The notes beneath the pieces were generated by a model that was given only the letters and a program-made list of their open reading frames with translations, was not told where the DNA came from and made no database searches. Position numbers and translations under genes: made by a program. From an uncultured Nitrososphaerota archaeon (GTDB lineage Archaea > Thermoproteota > Nitrososphaeria > Conexivisphaerales > DTJL01), in contig CAWJIE010000005.1 of the NCBI GenBank assembly GCA_963842885.1, positions 96,001 through 160,000 of the forward strand: a DNA stretch of 64,000 nt, given 5' to 3'. Shown in pieces: positions 36,723-47,479 of this stretch; the stretch's first letter is position 1; each line of letters opens with the position of its first letter.

Positions 36723-38029
36723 TTCACCAACCTCCTAGAGCCAATCTCCCCCCGGAGGTTGCGCGCCATGGAGGAAGCCATCTCGGCCCGCTCAAGGCCC
36801 CGACCGACGAGCCAGCTGGCCTTGGCAAAGGCCGTCTCCGACAGCATGTCCCCGAGCGGGACGACGCCGATCCGCAGGAGGTCCCTTCCCGTGTTATAGA
36901 CCGTCATCCTTACGCTCCCCCAAATGGTCTGGGAGGTCATCCCCACGAACACTCCGGAGTCTATGGCCGCCTTGAGCTCCTTGTTGGCCGAGCTGGGCGC
37001 GTGCCCAAGGCCCGTGCCTTCGAGTATGATCGCCTTGCAGCCTTCCTTGACAAGGAAGCCTATCAGCGAGGGATTGAAGGCAGGATGGAGCTTGATGATG
37101 GAGACGTCGTTTGAGAAGGAGGGGGTGCAGGTGAAGCCCTTCAGGGAACTCCTCCTCGGCCGCAGCCCTGGGTTGAGGAGCACCTCCTGGCCGATGTGGC
37201 CGACAGGGGCAGAGTTGATCGACTCGAAGGCGTCGCGACGGCTCGAATGGTCTTTCCTGACGCGGACGCCCAGATGGACGTCCAGCTCGTCGTCGCTGAG
37301 CCCTCCGTGCATCACGACGAAGACGCCGGAGGCGTTCCCCTTCGCGGCCAGCTTGACGGCGCCGATGAGGTTCGTCGCGGCATCCGACGACGGCCTATCG
37401 CTGGATCGCTGCGAGCCAACGAGCACCACCGGGACGGGAAGGCCCTCGAGCGCGAACGAGAGCGCCGCCGCGGTGTAATGCATCGTGTCCGTGCCATGAG
37501 TGATTACGACCCCATCGTAACCTCTCCTGATTGTCTCCTCGACGCGCTTGACCAGCTCCGACCAGCGTAGAGGGGTCATGTTCTCGCTGTATATGCTGAA
37601 GAGGGCTTCGGTCTCCACTTCTGCGATGCCGGAGAGCTCTGGTACCAGATAGTAGAGCTCCTCGGAAGACAAGGCCGGCCTGACACCTCCCGTGCGGTAG
37701 TCGATGCGGGAGGCGATGGTCCCGCCCGTGCCTATTATCATGACCTTGGGCAGGCCGGGGACAAGCTTCGGCTTCGGAGGTGATTGGAAGGATGGCTCCA
37801 CGCCCTTCGAAATCAGCTTGACCTCCTTGATCCTCTGGATGGAGATTCCAGTATTGTAGCCGGTCTTCAGCTTAAGGACGACATGCTCCTCGTCGGCGAA
37901 TTCGTAGCGAGGCATCAGCACGCCGTCCACTTCTTCCCTGTCTGTCGTGACAGTCACGCGGTCACCCACGGAGACGCCGAACGCCTCCAGCTTCTTCAGA
38001 CAGGCCCCCCTGTAACCTTCCAGAACCAT
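36719..38029 (-). CDS. gatD: Glu-tRNA(Gln) amidotransferase subunit D
   Basis: GTGGTIASRIDYRTG, HGTDTMHY, GSQRSSDRPSSDA, HSSRRDAF. Confidence 0.97.
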   Translation of the reverse strand: MVLEGYRGACLKKLEAFGVSVGDRVTVTTDREEVDGVLMPRYEFADEEHVVLKLKTGYNTGISIQRIKEVKLISKGVEPSFQSPPKPKLVPGLPKVMIIGTGGTIASRIDYRTGGVRPALSSEELYYLVPELSGIAEVETEALFSIYSENMTPLRWSELVKRVEETIRRGYDGVVITHGTDTMHYTAAALSFALEGLPVPVVLVGSQRSSDRPSSDAATNLIGAVKLAAKGNASGVFVVMHGGLSDDELDVHLGVRVRKDHSSRRDAFESINSAPVGHIGQEVLLNPGLRPRRSSLKGFTCTPSFSNDVSIIKLHPAFNPSLIGFLVKEGCKAIILEGTGLGHAPSSANKELKAAIDSGVFVGMTSQTIWGSVRMTVYNTGRDLLRIGVVPLGDMLSETAFAKASWLVGRGLERAEMASSMARNLRGEIGSRRLVK

Positions 38030-38150
38030 CTGAATGATCGTCCGGATGAAGCTGGTGTCTTCAGTGCTATATGAGTTGTTCGTCGGGCGACGGATTTCCC
38101 GGAGACAGCGTTTAAAGGAGACGATGGGGAAGCGAGACAGCGGACTCCGC

Positions 38151-39098
38151 ATGAAGGCCCTTGTCACCGGCGGTGCTGGTTTCATCGGGAGCAGCCTTTG
38201 TGAGGCCCTCCTGGGCGAAGGATACCGGGTCGTGGCCTTTGATGACCTGAGCACGGGCTCCCTCCTGAACATCTCCGGTCTGATGGGAAGGGCTCGATTC
38301 GAGTTCGTCAAAGGTGACTGCAGGAAGGGCGAAGACGTCCATGCGGCGATGAAAGGCGTGGATAGGGTCTTTCACCTCGCTGCGATTGCAGAAGTCCGCC
38401 CCGAGCTCTATCCCCCCACCGAAGTCATCGAGCACAACGTACTCGGAACGCAGGTCCTTCTCGAGGCATCTAGGTCCAGCGACATCGAGTCATTCGTCTT
38501 CGCGTCGTCCTCCACTGTTTACGGCGAGCCCACGGTGCTGCCGACGCCGGAGGACTACTCCCCCCTCGAACCCATATCTGTCTATGGTGCTTCCAAGCTT
38601 GCCTCGGAAGCGGTCATCTCTGGATACGTGGGCACCTACGGCCTGAACGCGGTCGCGTTACGGCTGGCTAACATTGTAGGAGAAAGGAGCCGGCGGGGAG
38701 TGATTCACGATTTCGTGACCAAGCTGACCTCTGACCCATCCAAGCTGGAGATATTAGGCGACGGCTCTCAGGCGAAGTCCTATCTCTACATCGAAGACTG
38801 CGTCCATGCGTTTCTGGCAGCCGGTCGCAGGGCGGACGGGTTCGAAGCTTATAACGTGGGGTCGGAGGATCAGGCCAACGTGAGGGAGATGGCCGCTGTC
38901 GTCAGCAAATCGATGGGGCTGAAGCCAATGTTGCATTTCACCGGCGGCGTGGACGGCGGCCGCGGATGGAAAGGGGACGTCAAGTCCATGCTGCTGGATG
39001 TCCACAAGATAAGACGGCTGGGATGGAGGCCGTCGGGGAACAGCCTTTCCGCGGTTCAGAGGACCGTCAGCGCGATGCTGAAGTTCTCAGCCCCTTGA
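38151..39098 (+). CDS. UDP-glucose 4-epimerase-like NAD-dependent epimerase
   Basis: ALVTGGAGFIG, SSSTVYG, YGASK, GGRGWKGDV. Confidence 0.9.
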   Translation: MKALVTGGAGFIGSSLCEALLGEGYRVVAFDDLSTGSLLNISGLMGRARFEFVKGDCRKGEDVHAAMKGVDRVFHLAAIAEVRPELYPPTEVIEHNVLGTQVLLEASRSSDIESFVFASSSTVYGEPTVLPTPEDYSPLEPISVYGASKLASEAVISGYVGTYGLNAVALRLANIVGERSRRGVIHDFVTKLTSDPSKLEILGDGSQAKSYLYIEDCVHAFLAAGRRADGFEAYNVGSEDQANVREMAAVVSKSMGLKPMLHFTGGVDGGRGWKGDVKSMLLDVHKIRRLGWRPSGNSLSAVQRTVSAMLKFSAP

Positions 39099-39125
39099 AA
39101 CAAACGCCTTAAGTATGAATCGCTC

Positions 39126-40691
39126 GTGGAACAGTGCGTGCCTGCGGCTGCCTCGAAGGGTGGGTCCGTTGTACGAGGGGTTTACCACCTGTTCGTCGGC
39201 AACATCGCCTCCACCATACTGCTGGCCGTCACCGCGATTTACGTAGGGCGGACCCTAGGTCCCTCGGCGTACGGCCTCTATGCCCTGGCTCTCGTGGCTC
39301 CAGGCTACCTGTATGTGGCCACCCAGCTGGGCCTTCAGTCAGCCGCAACGAGGTATGCGGCCAAGTACTCGGAGGAGGGGGAAGGCAAGAAGGCCGTGTC
39401 GTTCATCTACTCTCTCCTTCTTTTCCAGATGCTGCTCACCCTCGCCGGCATGGGCTTGGTCATACTGTCGTCGGGGTTCGTGGCTAACGAGTTGCTAGAC
39501 AGGCCGGAGTTGGAGGCCGTGATTCCTCTGGCCGTCGCGTCGACTTTAGGCCAGAACCTCTTCTTGACGGCTTCCGCAGGTTTCCAGGGCCTCAACAGGA
39601 TGGACAGCTCCGCGTGGCTGCAGGTCGCGGAGGCAGCCATCAAGTTGGTGGTCTCGGCAATCCTGCTGCTGACCGGCTACGCCGTGGCGGGAGCAGTGGC
39701 GGGAAACACTGTGGCGTTCATCGTCGCGGGAGTTTTGGGTCTGGCCATGGTCATACGATGGAACGGCAGCCCCCTTCCTCACGGCTGGGCCCAAGACCTC
39801 AGGATTGCCTTGCCCTACGCGGCGCCCATCTACGTCAGCGCTCTCGTGGCAGGCTTCGTTCCCCTCCTACAGAGCACGCTCATGGCCCTTTTCCTCAAGA
39901 ATAGCCAAATCGGCGGCTACGGCGCTGCCGTCAACATCTCGGCGCTTATGTCGCTCTTCGCCTATCCTATTACGACGGCGCTCTTTCCGCTTTTCAGCAG
40001 GATAGGGAATGACGAGATCAAGCTCAAGGAGACATATCTCTCCACGCTTCGCTACACCACCATCCTGATGGTCCCGCTTACGATGGCCACCATGGCGCTT
40101 TCTCTGCCTCTGACGGCGGCGGTCTACGGGCGGTCCTACCATTTCGCTGGTCCTTACCTGGCGGGCGTGGTGGCGCCCTACCTCCTGGCTGGGTTGGGCA
40201 GTCTCGCCTGGGGCTCCCTGCTCTACGGCACCGGTGAGACCAAGAAGGCACTGGTCTCCGGCGTCGCCGGCTCACTCGTGGCCGTCGTGCTCTCGGCCTC
40301 GCTCATCCCCCTTTGGGGCGTGATCGGAGCAATCGTTGCATCCTTCGCGGGGCAAGCCGCCTCCCTGGCCGTGGCTGCGCGCTATGGGAGGGCCCTCCTG
40401 CGGCTAGGACCAACTTCCAGGGGTCTCTGGCGAACGTACCTCTCCTCAGCGATTGCGGCCGTTGTCGCCTATCCAGTCACATACGTTCCAGTTCACCCGA
40501 TATTTGTCACTCTCCTCGGCGCTGTCGTCTTTCTTGCCGCCCTAGTGCCAATGATGGTCTTAACGGGATCGATCACCCGAAGCGACGTCGACACGCTGGA
40601 CGGCTACTTCGCGAGAGTGAAGCCGTTCTACTACCCGTTCAAGGCGCTTGAAGTTTATTATGGCCTCTTCGAACGCTTGCTGCGGCGCTGA
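39126..40691 (+). CDS. Oligosaccharide flippase (Wzx/MurJ-like MOP family)
   Basis: ~14 TM; GRTLGPSAYGLY, GGYGAA, LFPLFS. Confidence 0.85.
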   Translation: MEQCVPAAASKGGSVVRGVYHLFVGNIASTILLAVTAIYVGRTLGPSAYGLYALALVAPGYLYVATQLGLQSAATRYAAKYSEEGEGKKAVSFIYSLLLFQMLLTLAGMGLVILSSGFVANELLDRPELEAVIPLAVASTLGQNLFLTASAGFQGLNRMDSSAWLQVAEAAIKLVVSAILLLTGYAVAGAVAGNTVAFIVAGVLGLAMVIRWNGSPLPHGWAQDLRIALPYAAPIYVSALVAGFVPLLQSTLMALFLKNSQIGGYGAAVNISALMSLFAYPITTALFPLFSRIGNDEIKLKETYLSTLRYTTILMVPLTMATMALSLPLTAAVYGRSYHFAGPYLAGVVAPYLLAGLGSLAWGSLLYGTGETKKALVSGVAGSLVAVVLSASLIPLWGVIGAIVASFAGQAASLAVAARYGRALLRLGPTSRGLWRTYLSSAIAAVVAYPVTYVPVHPIFVTLLGAVVFLAALVPMMVLTGSITRSDVDTLDGYFARVKPFYYPFKALEVYYGLFERLLRR

Positions 40692-40856
40692 GAAGGGATA
40701 CGCGGACTCTGTTGCGTTTTTGGCGTTCAGCCGAGGGCGCCTGTGAGCTCCGAGCTTGCAGGCGAGATTTCGGAGTTCGCAAACCAATAATCGGCCAAGA
40801 TCTACTCTGACACGCACCGAATGCTTATTATCCATCTTCAAGCTTGAAGGGTAGTC

Positions 40857-42095
40857 ATGCAGGACAACCTCAAGGACCGAAGGGTGCTCGTGACTGGGAT
40901 AACCGGTTTTGTGGGTCCCCATCTGGCAAAAGGCCTGCTGGATGAAGGAGCTATAGTATACGGATTGGTGAGACGCCGCTCGGATGGCAACCTGCGGAGA
41001 GGTCTAGTCGATCTGGGCATTGACAAACAAGTCACTCCTATCGAAGGAAGTGTGGAGGATTTGACGAGTCTTCTTACCGCTCTGGACAGGTCGCAACCGG
41101 ATTACATCTTCCACCTTGCGGCTCAGAGCTTCGTCGAACGTTCTTTCATTAACCCACTTGAGACCTTCCAGGCCAATGCAACTGGAACGACCAACCTGCT
41201 CGAAGCGGTGAGGATTAAGGATAGGAATAACACGAGATTCATCTTCGCCGGGTCGAGCGAAGAGTACGGGTTGGTAATCTCGTCACAGCAACATCTAGAT
41301 GCCTATCTCAAGGAGCACAAACACATCTTTCCTTACCCGGTTCGAATCCCCGAGCTTCCCGTAAAAGAGACAAATCCCCTGCGCCCCATGTCCCCCTATG
41401 CTGTGACTAAGGTCTACGGGGAGTACATTACCCTGAATTACCATCGCAGCTACGGCCTAAAGTCTCTCGTAACAAGAGCGTTTAACCACGAGGGTGGTCG
41501 GAGAGGTTCCACATTCGTCACATCAACGATCGCCAGGCAGGTCGTTCAGCTGAGGTATGGGTCGATTGACAAGATAAAGATCGGAAATCTTAACGCGTTT
41601 AGGGACTGGAGCCACGTGGACGACATAGTAGAAGGATACGAGCTGGTTGCGCTGAGGGGAGAAGAGGGAGATGTTTACAACCTCGGCTCTGGGAGAACGA
41701 ATTCTGTGTTAACATATTTGCTTTGGACGTTGCAAGAGGCCGGCTATCCTGTGCAAAGCATATCAACACTAAAGGGAGAAAGGAAGGTCAGTCAGCCTGC
41801 AGAAAAAGTCAAGATAAAGAAGTTCGGAATAGAGTTCGAGGGCTCTCGAGCTGATGATCTGATGCTCGACGACGAACTGTCATTCCTTTCTCACGATGCA
41901 GGCGTAACGGTGGAGACAGGCAAGGGCGATATTTCCATCGAATTCGACAAGGAACGTTTCCGTCCTGCCGATGTTCCTATTCTTCTGTCCGATGCAGGGA
42001 AGGCGAGAGAAACACTCGGCTTTTCTACCAAATACACATTGAAGGATATCATACTGGATCAGCTGAACTACTATGCAGCTCCTGAAAGAAGGTAA
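40857..42095 (+). CDS. gmd: GDP-mannose 4,6-dehydratase
   Basis: VLVTGITGFVG, HLAAQSFV, SPYAVTK, AFNHEG, RDWSHV, RFRPADV. Confidence 0.88.
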   Translation: MQDNLKDRRVLVTGITGFVGPHLAKGLLDEGAIVYGLVRRRSDGNLRRGLVDLGIDKQVTPIEGSVEDLTSLLTALDRSQPDYIFHLAAQSFVERSFINPLETFQANATGTTNLLEAVRIKDRNNTRFIFAGSSEEYGLVISSQQHLDAYLKEHKHIFPYPVRIPELPVKETNPLRPMSPYAVTKVYGEYITLNYHRSYGLKSLVTRAFNHEGGRRGSTFVTSTIARQVVQLRYGSIDKIKIGNLNAFRDWSHVDDIVEGYELVALRGEEGDVYNLGSGRTNSVLTYLLWTLQEAGYPVQSISTLKGERKVSQPAEKVKIKKFGIEFEGSRADDLMLDDELSFLSHDAGVTVETGKGDISIEFDKERFRPADVPILLSDAGKARETLGFSTKYTLKDIILDQLNYYAAPERR

Positions 42096-42744
42096 TCTGT
42101 AAGAACCTCCTCGGTCAGGCTCTTTCCGTCTCAGACGCTGCTGTGAAGGATCTCACGTCCTGTCTGAGGTGTTGCCAACGGTACAAGAACCTGATTCGAC
42201 GAATCAAGATATCAATTCTTCGTCCGTCTAGTCAGTCTGCCATCGAAGACCTCTCCGCCTGCCTAGCCACCCTGTTTGTCGTTTCGTGCTGCAAAGCTTG
42301 CTCCTCTGGAGGTCGTCAGGAGTGCGCAGCATCGCCGCCCCAGGCCCGTGTTCAATCTCCGTCGTCACGAGGCAACTGAGTTTAATAGGATGGGCGGGTC
42401 ACCTGGAATTCGTGAGGCCGCCGATGAACCTCGAAGTCAAAGGAAGTAGTGTGCGGAAGCACTTCTCGGGGTGCGAAAACGACGAAATACCTCATGATGG
42501 GAGCTTGGTGAGCGGCATTTCCCCAGCCGTAAGAGTCTACAGCTCATATGATGACGCCGGGGGGCATGAGAACAAGGTAATCGACTCCGGCGACACTGGA
42601 GCAGGCAAGTGGTTGTTGCTCAAGAAGAGTGTGATATGCCTTTCGACAGTCTTTGTGTCGGTTGAGAATACTGGCACGGTTGAATCTTTCTTCCTTTCGG
42701 TCAACCTGTGCACCAATGGACTCGACTCTTAGGGCGGTGAATCC

Positions 42745-43773
42745 ATGCTACCTTTCACTCAAGGAAGATGTCCCAAGGTTTCAGTCATAGTGCCCAACCT
42801 GAATGGATTGGAACTTCTCAAAATATGCATTCCATCCCTGTTGAAAACGGACTATCCCGATTTCGAGATCATAGTGTCTGACGATGGTTCCGACGATGGC
42901 AGTGTTCAGTTTATCCGGGAACATTTCCCCGGTGTTCAGTTAGTTGAGAGTGGTCACACAGGTGGATTCGGTAAAGCCTGCAATGCTGGTGTCATGAAGT
43001 CACGCGGGGAGCTAGTCGCCTTTATGAACAATGACATAGAAGTCGACCCAGGTTGGCTTTCCGCACTGGTCGCGCATCTGCTGGAAGACCAAGGGCTCGC
43101 TGGTTGTGACTCCAAATATGTGAACTACTTCCGCCGGGAACTCATTGACTGCGCCGGAAGGTTTCTCGACAGGTATGGCGATTCTCTTGACCGTGGCGCT
43201 GGCGAACTTGACAGGGGACAGTACGATGCTGTTCAGCCCGTATCATATGGACTAGGCCTATTCAGAAGAGACTTGATCGAGAAAGTTGGCGGGTTCGACG
43301 AGGTCTTTCTCATCTACTACGAGGACGCCGATCTCGGTTGGCGGCTGTACAGGATGGGCTACAGAGTGGATTATGTTCCTGCTAGCGTAGTGTTCCATAT
43401 GCACGGCATGACTACTTTACAGGCCAAGTCAGGGAAAAAGAGACTGAAGAGCAAGTATCTCTTCCACTTCTACAAGAACAGACTGAGGATGATCATAAAG
43501 AATCAGTCAGGACTCGAATTGGGGTTTGCGATGATGATATGCCTCTATGACATGTTCGCTCTGACCATGGTCTATCTAGCGACAGCGAATGGGGAATGTC
43601 AACTGATGATGATGAAGGGACTAGCGTGGAACTTGTCAAATCTTGGCAACACTGTGATTTCGAAACGCACTCTGGATTTCAAAGCCGCCCCGGCTAGTAT
43701 GCCTTTTCATGTCTTACAACGGGACATGGAAAGACCTTCTCAGAAGGCTTGCGGGATAGGTAAGACTACGTGA
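42745..43773 (+). CDS. Glycosyltransferase family 2
   Basis: VSVIVPN, DDGSDDGS, GFGKACN, FMNNDI, GGFDE..YYEDADLGWR. Confidence 0.9.
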   Translation: MLPFTQGRCPKVSVIVPNLNGLELLKICIPSLLKTDYPDFEIIVSDDGSDDGSVQFIREHFPGVQLVESGHTGGFGKACNAGVMKSRGELVAFMNNDIEVDPGWLSALVAHLLEDQGLAGCDSKYVNYFRRELIDCAGRFLDRYGDSLDRGAGELDRGQYDAVQPVSYGLGLFRRDLIEKVGGFDEVFLIYYEDADLGWRLYRMGYRVDYVPASVVFHMHGMTTLQAKSGKKRLKSKYLFHFYKNRLRMIIKNQSGLELGFAMMICLYDMFALTMVYLATANGECQLMMMKGLAWNLSNLGNTVISKRTLDFKAAPASMPFHVLQRDMERPSQKACGIGKTT

Positions 43774-44244
43774 GAATCCTGGATGTCGCAATCAGGACAT
43801 GAGTGTGGCTTGAGACCGATGAACGCCCAAGTTGTGTGAAACCTGTCCCTAATGCTACATCAAGAGAATGTGGAGAGGGCTCCACACGGTTGGACCCTTG
43901 GACAGGATATGAATATGCTGTCCATTCTGCCGGTCTCTCAGATGATGGTGTAACGTACGACTGAATGGTGCTCTTGAGAAGATGCTCTCCAGAGGGAGAG
44001 CAAGGCACTTCGTGGACAGGAAGTCTCTCCAGATCACTGGATATCTCACTCTCAGAAGAACCCTCGCATTCTCAATCAACAGTAGTTAACAGTTTCACCA
44101 AACAGTTTCGTTCTTTCTTCCAAGTGCGGACGTTTCGTATTTGCTTGAAGATTCCTCAACAAAATGTGAGCCGACAAAGGACGAAAACCAATCGCAAGAG
44201 CCTTGGTACTCATACAGACAGGCATCTTCGGACCAGTTGATATG

Positions 44245-45204
44245 TCAAGCTGGGTGCAATTTCATCCATTCAACGGTTCTTGTTATCCCTTCCTCAAGCG
44301 TCGTTTCCGCCTTCCATCCGAGGATTCGGAGGGCCTTTGAAGCGTCAGGCACTCTTCTTCCAATATCTTCGTAGTGACTTCCAAACTCCTTCGCTGTATC
44401 CAAATGAATAGGTCTCAGGGTTGATCCACAAGCTCTTAGCGCAATTTCGACGACCTCATTAATAGTGCTCTCTCTTTCACTCCCCAAGTTGAAGGTTTGG
44501 CCGATCGCAGATTCTGAATCCAAACTCAGCAGAAGGCCCCTTATCAAATCTTCAACATACGTGAAACATCTGGTCTGTTCCCCATCGTCATAAACCAATG
44601 GAGGCCGTCCGTTCAGAATCCTCTGTATCGTTGCAGGAATTACGAATGAAGGTCTTTGTCTCGGGCCGTATACATTGAACGGCCTTATGATTGTTGTTTG
44701 AAGCTTGTGCTTTCGATGCGCAGCGTTGATCAGATGCTCGCACAGTGATTTGCTGGTGCTGTAGCTCCAGCGGTCTATTGACGGATCCCCAAGTACTCGG
44801 TCAGAAGTCTCTGACCATGGGACCTCTTTGTTCTTGCCATAGATTTCGCTCGTGCTCATTGAAATAAGCCTGACATTGAACTCTATGCAGTACTCGAGTA
44901 CGTTGCGCGTTCCGGTGACTATATTGTCAATCGTCCCCAGTGGGTCGTTGATGTACTGATCGACACCAACAGTCGAGGCCAAATGATAGATGACATCTGT
45001 GCTTGAGAGAAAAGCCTTCGGTGCAGAAACCGAGCTTGCAACATCGCAAGCTGCGTAATGAAACATGGGATTACTTGAAAAGTCGCGCAGGTTCATCGGA
45101 ACAGATTCCGATAAATCTGTTGCATTGACTTCCTCGTTTCTCGATAGCAGAGCCGCCACCAGATGACTTCCAATGAAGCCGCCTGCGCCAGTGATTCCAA
45201 TCAA
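44245..45204 (-). CDS. NAD-dependent epimerase/decarboxylase (UDP-GlcA decarboxylase-like)
   Basis: GITGAGGFIG, STSEIYGK, RWSYSTSK, RPFNVYGPRQ. Confidence 0.88.
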   Translation of the reverse strand: MIGITGAGGFIGSHLVAALLSRNEEVNATDLSESVPMNLRDFSSNPMFHYAACDVASSVSAPKAFLSSTDVIYHLASTVGVDQYINDPLGTIDNIVTGTRNVLEYCIEFNVRLISMSTSEIYGKNKEVPWSETSDRVLGDPSIDRWSYSTSKSLCEHLINAAHRKHKLQTTIIRPFNVYGPRQRPSFVIPATIQRILNGRPPLVYDDGEQTRCFTYVEDLIRGLLLSLDSESAIGQTFNLGSERESTINEVVEIALRACGSTLRPIHLDTAKEFGSHYEDIGRRVPDASKALRILGWKAETTLEEGITRTVEWMKLHPA

Positions 45205-46583
45205 TGTCTAGACCTCACGAAGTTTCCTGGACTATAATAATCGTGCCCTCCTTTCGCCACAGACAAGGGATCAAAGGAGTGCCATCCATCAAAAACGATG
45301 GCTTCTCTCTCAAGCTTCGGACTCATATCATCCCATTTGAATTCTGGATGATTAGCCACCAAAACAACCGCCTGGGCGCCGTCGATACATGAGCCCAGAG
45401 AGTCAGATTCTTTGATGCCGCATTCTTCCTCAATTGTCTTCGGATCAACCCAAGGATCGAATACAGACACCTTGAAACCTCGATGTCTTAGCCCTCTGAT
45501 TATGGGATTTGCAGGGGTATTGCGGGTATCACTTGTTGATCCCTTGAATGCATACCCCAAGATAGCTACCTTGGTCCGATTTGGTGTGAAACCCCTGCCC
45601 CTCAATATGGATAGAAGGGTCTCAAGAATGACTGTAGGGACTCTTTCGTTCACGTGCCTTGCAATCTGGGGGATTTCTATCTCCACCCCCTTTGAGGCAG
45701 CAAAATTCACAAGGAACCAGGGATCCTTCGTGAGACAGCTTCCGCCGACACCAATGCCTGGGGTGAGACAGTTCACTTTGCCCCTTCCTTTTGGCAAAGA
45801 ATTTGCGGCAGCGATAACTTCCATGACATTCACTTCGATTGCCTCACAGACCCTTGCTAGTTCGTTTGCTAAGGCAACATTCACGTCTATCCAAACGTTA
45901 TCGGTCAGTTTTACCAATTCAGCAGCTTCCAAAGAACTTACGCGAATCACATTCAGACCTGCACTCCTCCAAAATTCTTCAGCAAGCACTGCGCTCTCCT
46001 CGTTGATCCCGCCAACCACGACTGGAAGCTCTTTGATCTCATTCATGGCATTTCCCTCCGCTAGTCGTTCTGGACAGAATGACAAGAAGATGTCCTTTCC
46101 CGGTTCAAAACCGAACTCTTGAAGCATCGCGGCGACAACAGTTCGTGTTGTTCCAGGTGGAAGAGTGCTCTTTGCAATAAGCAGCTGGCCCTTACGCAAG
46201 AACTTGCCAATTTCATTGATGCAAGATTCTAAGGCTGTGAGATCAGGAGAATATTGGCCACCAATGGGTGTTCCAACCGTCACTATCAAGATTCCCGAGT
46301 CACTGATTGCTTCGTACGAGCTAGTTACTGACAATGCGCCAGAGGAAATGAGTTTGGAAAGTGACTCGCTGACCTGCGGCTCTTTCAAATGTGGTTCTCC
46401 TGATGCGATCTTCCTAATGACACTGGGCTGACTGTCTATCCCAGTCACATGGAATCCCCTTTCGGCAAGATAGACACCCAGCACGGTTCCAACGTAACCG
46501 AATCCGATTATCGCAACGTGTTTTCGCTTACGAATGGCTGTCAAATAATCGTCCCTAGCATGTGCCTTTCTCTCGTGACCCAT
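45201..46583 (-). CDS. UDP-N-acetylhexosamine/nucleotide-sugar dehydrogenase (WecC/WbpA family)
   Basis: IIGFGYVG, KSTLPPGTT, FCPERL, PGIGVGGSCLTKDP, FKGSTSDTRNTP. Confidence 0.9.
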   Translation of the reverse strand: MGHERKAHARDDYLTAIRKRKHVAIIGFGYVGTVLGVYLAERGFHVTGIDSQPSVIRKIASGEPHLKEPQVSESLSKLISSGALSVTSSYEAISDSGILIVTVGTPIGGQYSPDLTALESCINEIGKFLRKGQLLIAKSTLPPGTTRTVVAAMLQEFGFEPGKDIFLSFCPERLAEGNAMNEIKELPVVVGGINEESAVLAEEFWRSAGLNVIRVSSLEAAELVKLTDNVWIDVNVALANELARVCEAIEVNVMEVIAAANSLPKGRGKVNCLTPGIGVGGSCLTKDPWFLVNFAASKGVEIEIPQIARHVNERVPTVILETLLSILRGRGFTPNRTKVAILGYAFKGSTSDTRNTPANPIIRGLRHRGFKVSVFDPWVDPKTIEEECGIKESDSLGSCIDGAQAVVLVANHPEFKWDDMSPKLEREAIVFDGWHSFDPLSVAKGGHDYYSPGNFVRSRH

Positions 46584-46972
46584 ATTTTCATTTTATTCAT
46601 GTTTGATGGCTCATCCTTAAGTGTTTATCGAAGCCTAAATCTCGATGTCACTCTGTAGAGGCAAAACTTGGATGGTGTCCCTCAGCGGTGTGACTTGATG
46701 ATTGGATAGGTCACAAGTTCCTCGATTGCCCATCTGTCTTGGTGTGCTCTTCTTGGGAGAGCTCGACCCCTGGAAGACCCTAGGAATTAGTTTCTCGCAA
46801 CGCAGACGCATAATGATGCAGTCAGAGAGATTGAGTTCGCCTTGGCATCGGGTCAGGTGAAGGATTCTCTCGACACGCGTGCAGTGGAATGGTACAAGCA
46901 CCTTCAAGCGGACACCGAAGCCGCGAGGCAAGTCTCTTTAAGAGGCGTCAACCTATAGAGAGGCGATAGACT

Positions 46973-47464
46973 TTGCTCCCTGGGGTTCGGCTCTATGATA
47001 TCAAGAAGTTCCCTGATGAAAGGGGTTTCTTTGCGGAGATACTCAGGGAGGACTGGAAAGAGTTCTTGGAGGACGATGAGGTCGTTCAGGCCAATCTTTC
47101 GTTCAGCTATCCTGGCGTGATTAGGGCCTGGCACCGTCACCTCAGGGGACAGGTGGATTACTTCATCGTCCTCAGGGGCGCCATGAAGATATGTGCTTAT
47201 GACGACGACCCTACCTCCCCCACGAGGGGGGAGCTGGACGAAATCATAGCCAGCTCCGAAAGACTCCAGGTGGTTCGCATACAGGGCAACTACTGGCATG
47301 GCATGAAGACCTTAGGTAACGAAGCCTCCATGACCGTGTATGCCGTAAACAGGCTTTACGACTACAAGAACCCCGATGAAGAGAGACGCCCCTGGGACGA
47401 CCCGACCATCATCGACCCTAGGACGGAGAAGCCCTTCGACTGGAACAGGCCTCCTCACAAGTAG
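46973..47464 (+). CDS. rmlC: dTDP-4-dehydrorhamnose 3,5-epimerase family
   Basis: DERGFFAE, SYPGVIRAWHRH, YWHG. Confidence 0.85.
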   Translation: MLPGVRLYDIKKFPDERGFFAEILREDWKEFLEDDEVVQANLSFSYPGVIRAWHRHLRGQVDYFIVLRGAMKICAYDDDPTSPTRGELDEIIASSERLQVVRIQGNYWHGMKTLGNEASMTVYAVNRLYDYKNPDEERRPWDDPTIIDPRTEKPFDWNRPPHK

Positions 47465-47479
47465 GGGCGAGGCTTCTCT

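Noticed and set aside
42143-42732. Short ORFs between gmd and GT2
   Set aside because: Only a faint ABC-permease-like tail (RAAKLAPLEVVRS); too decayed to call.
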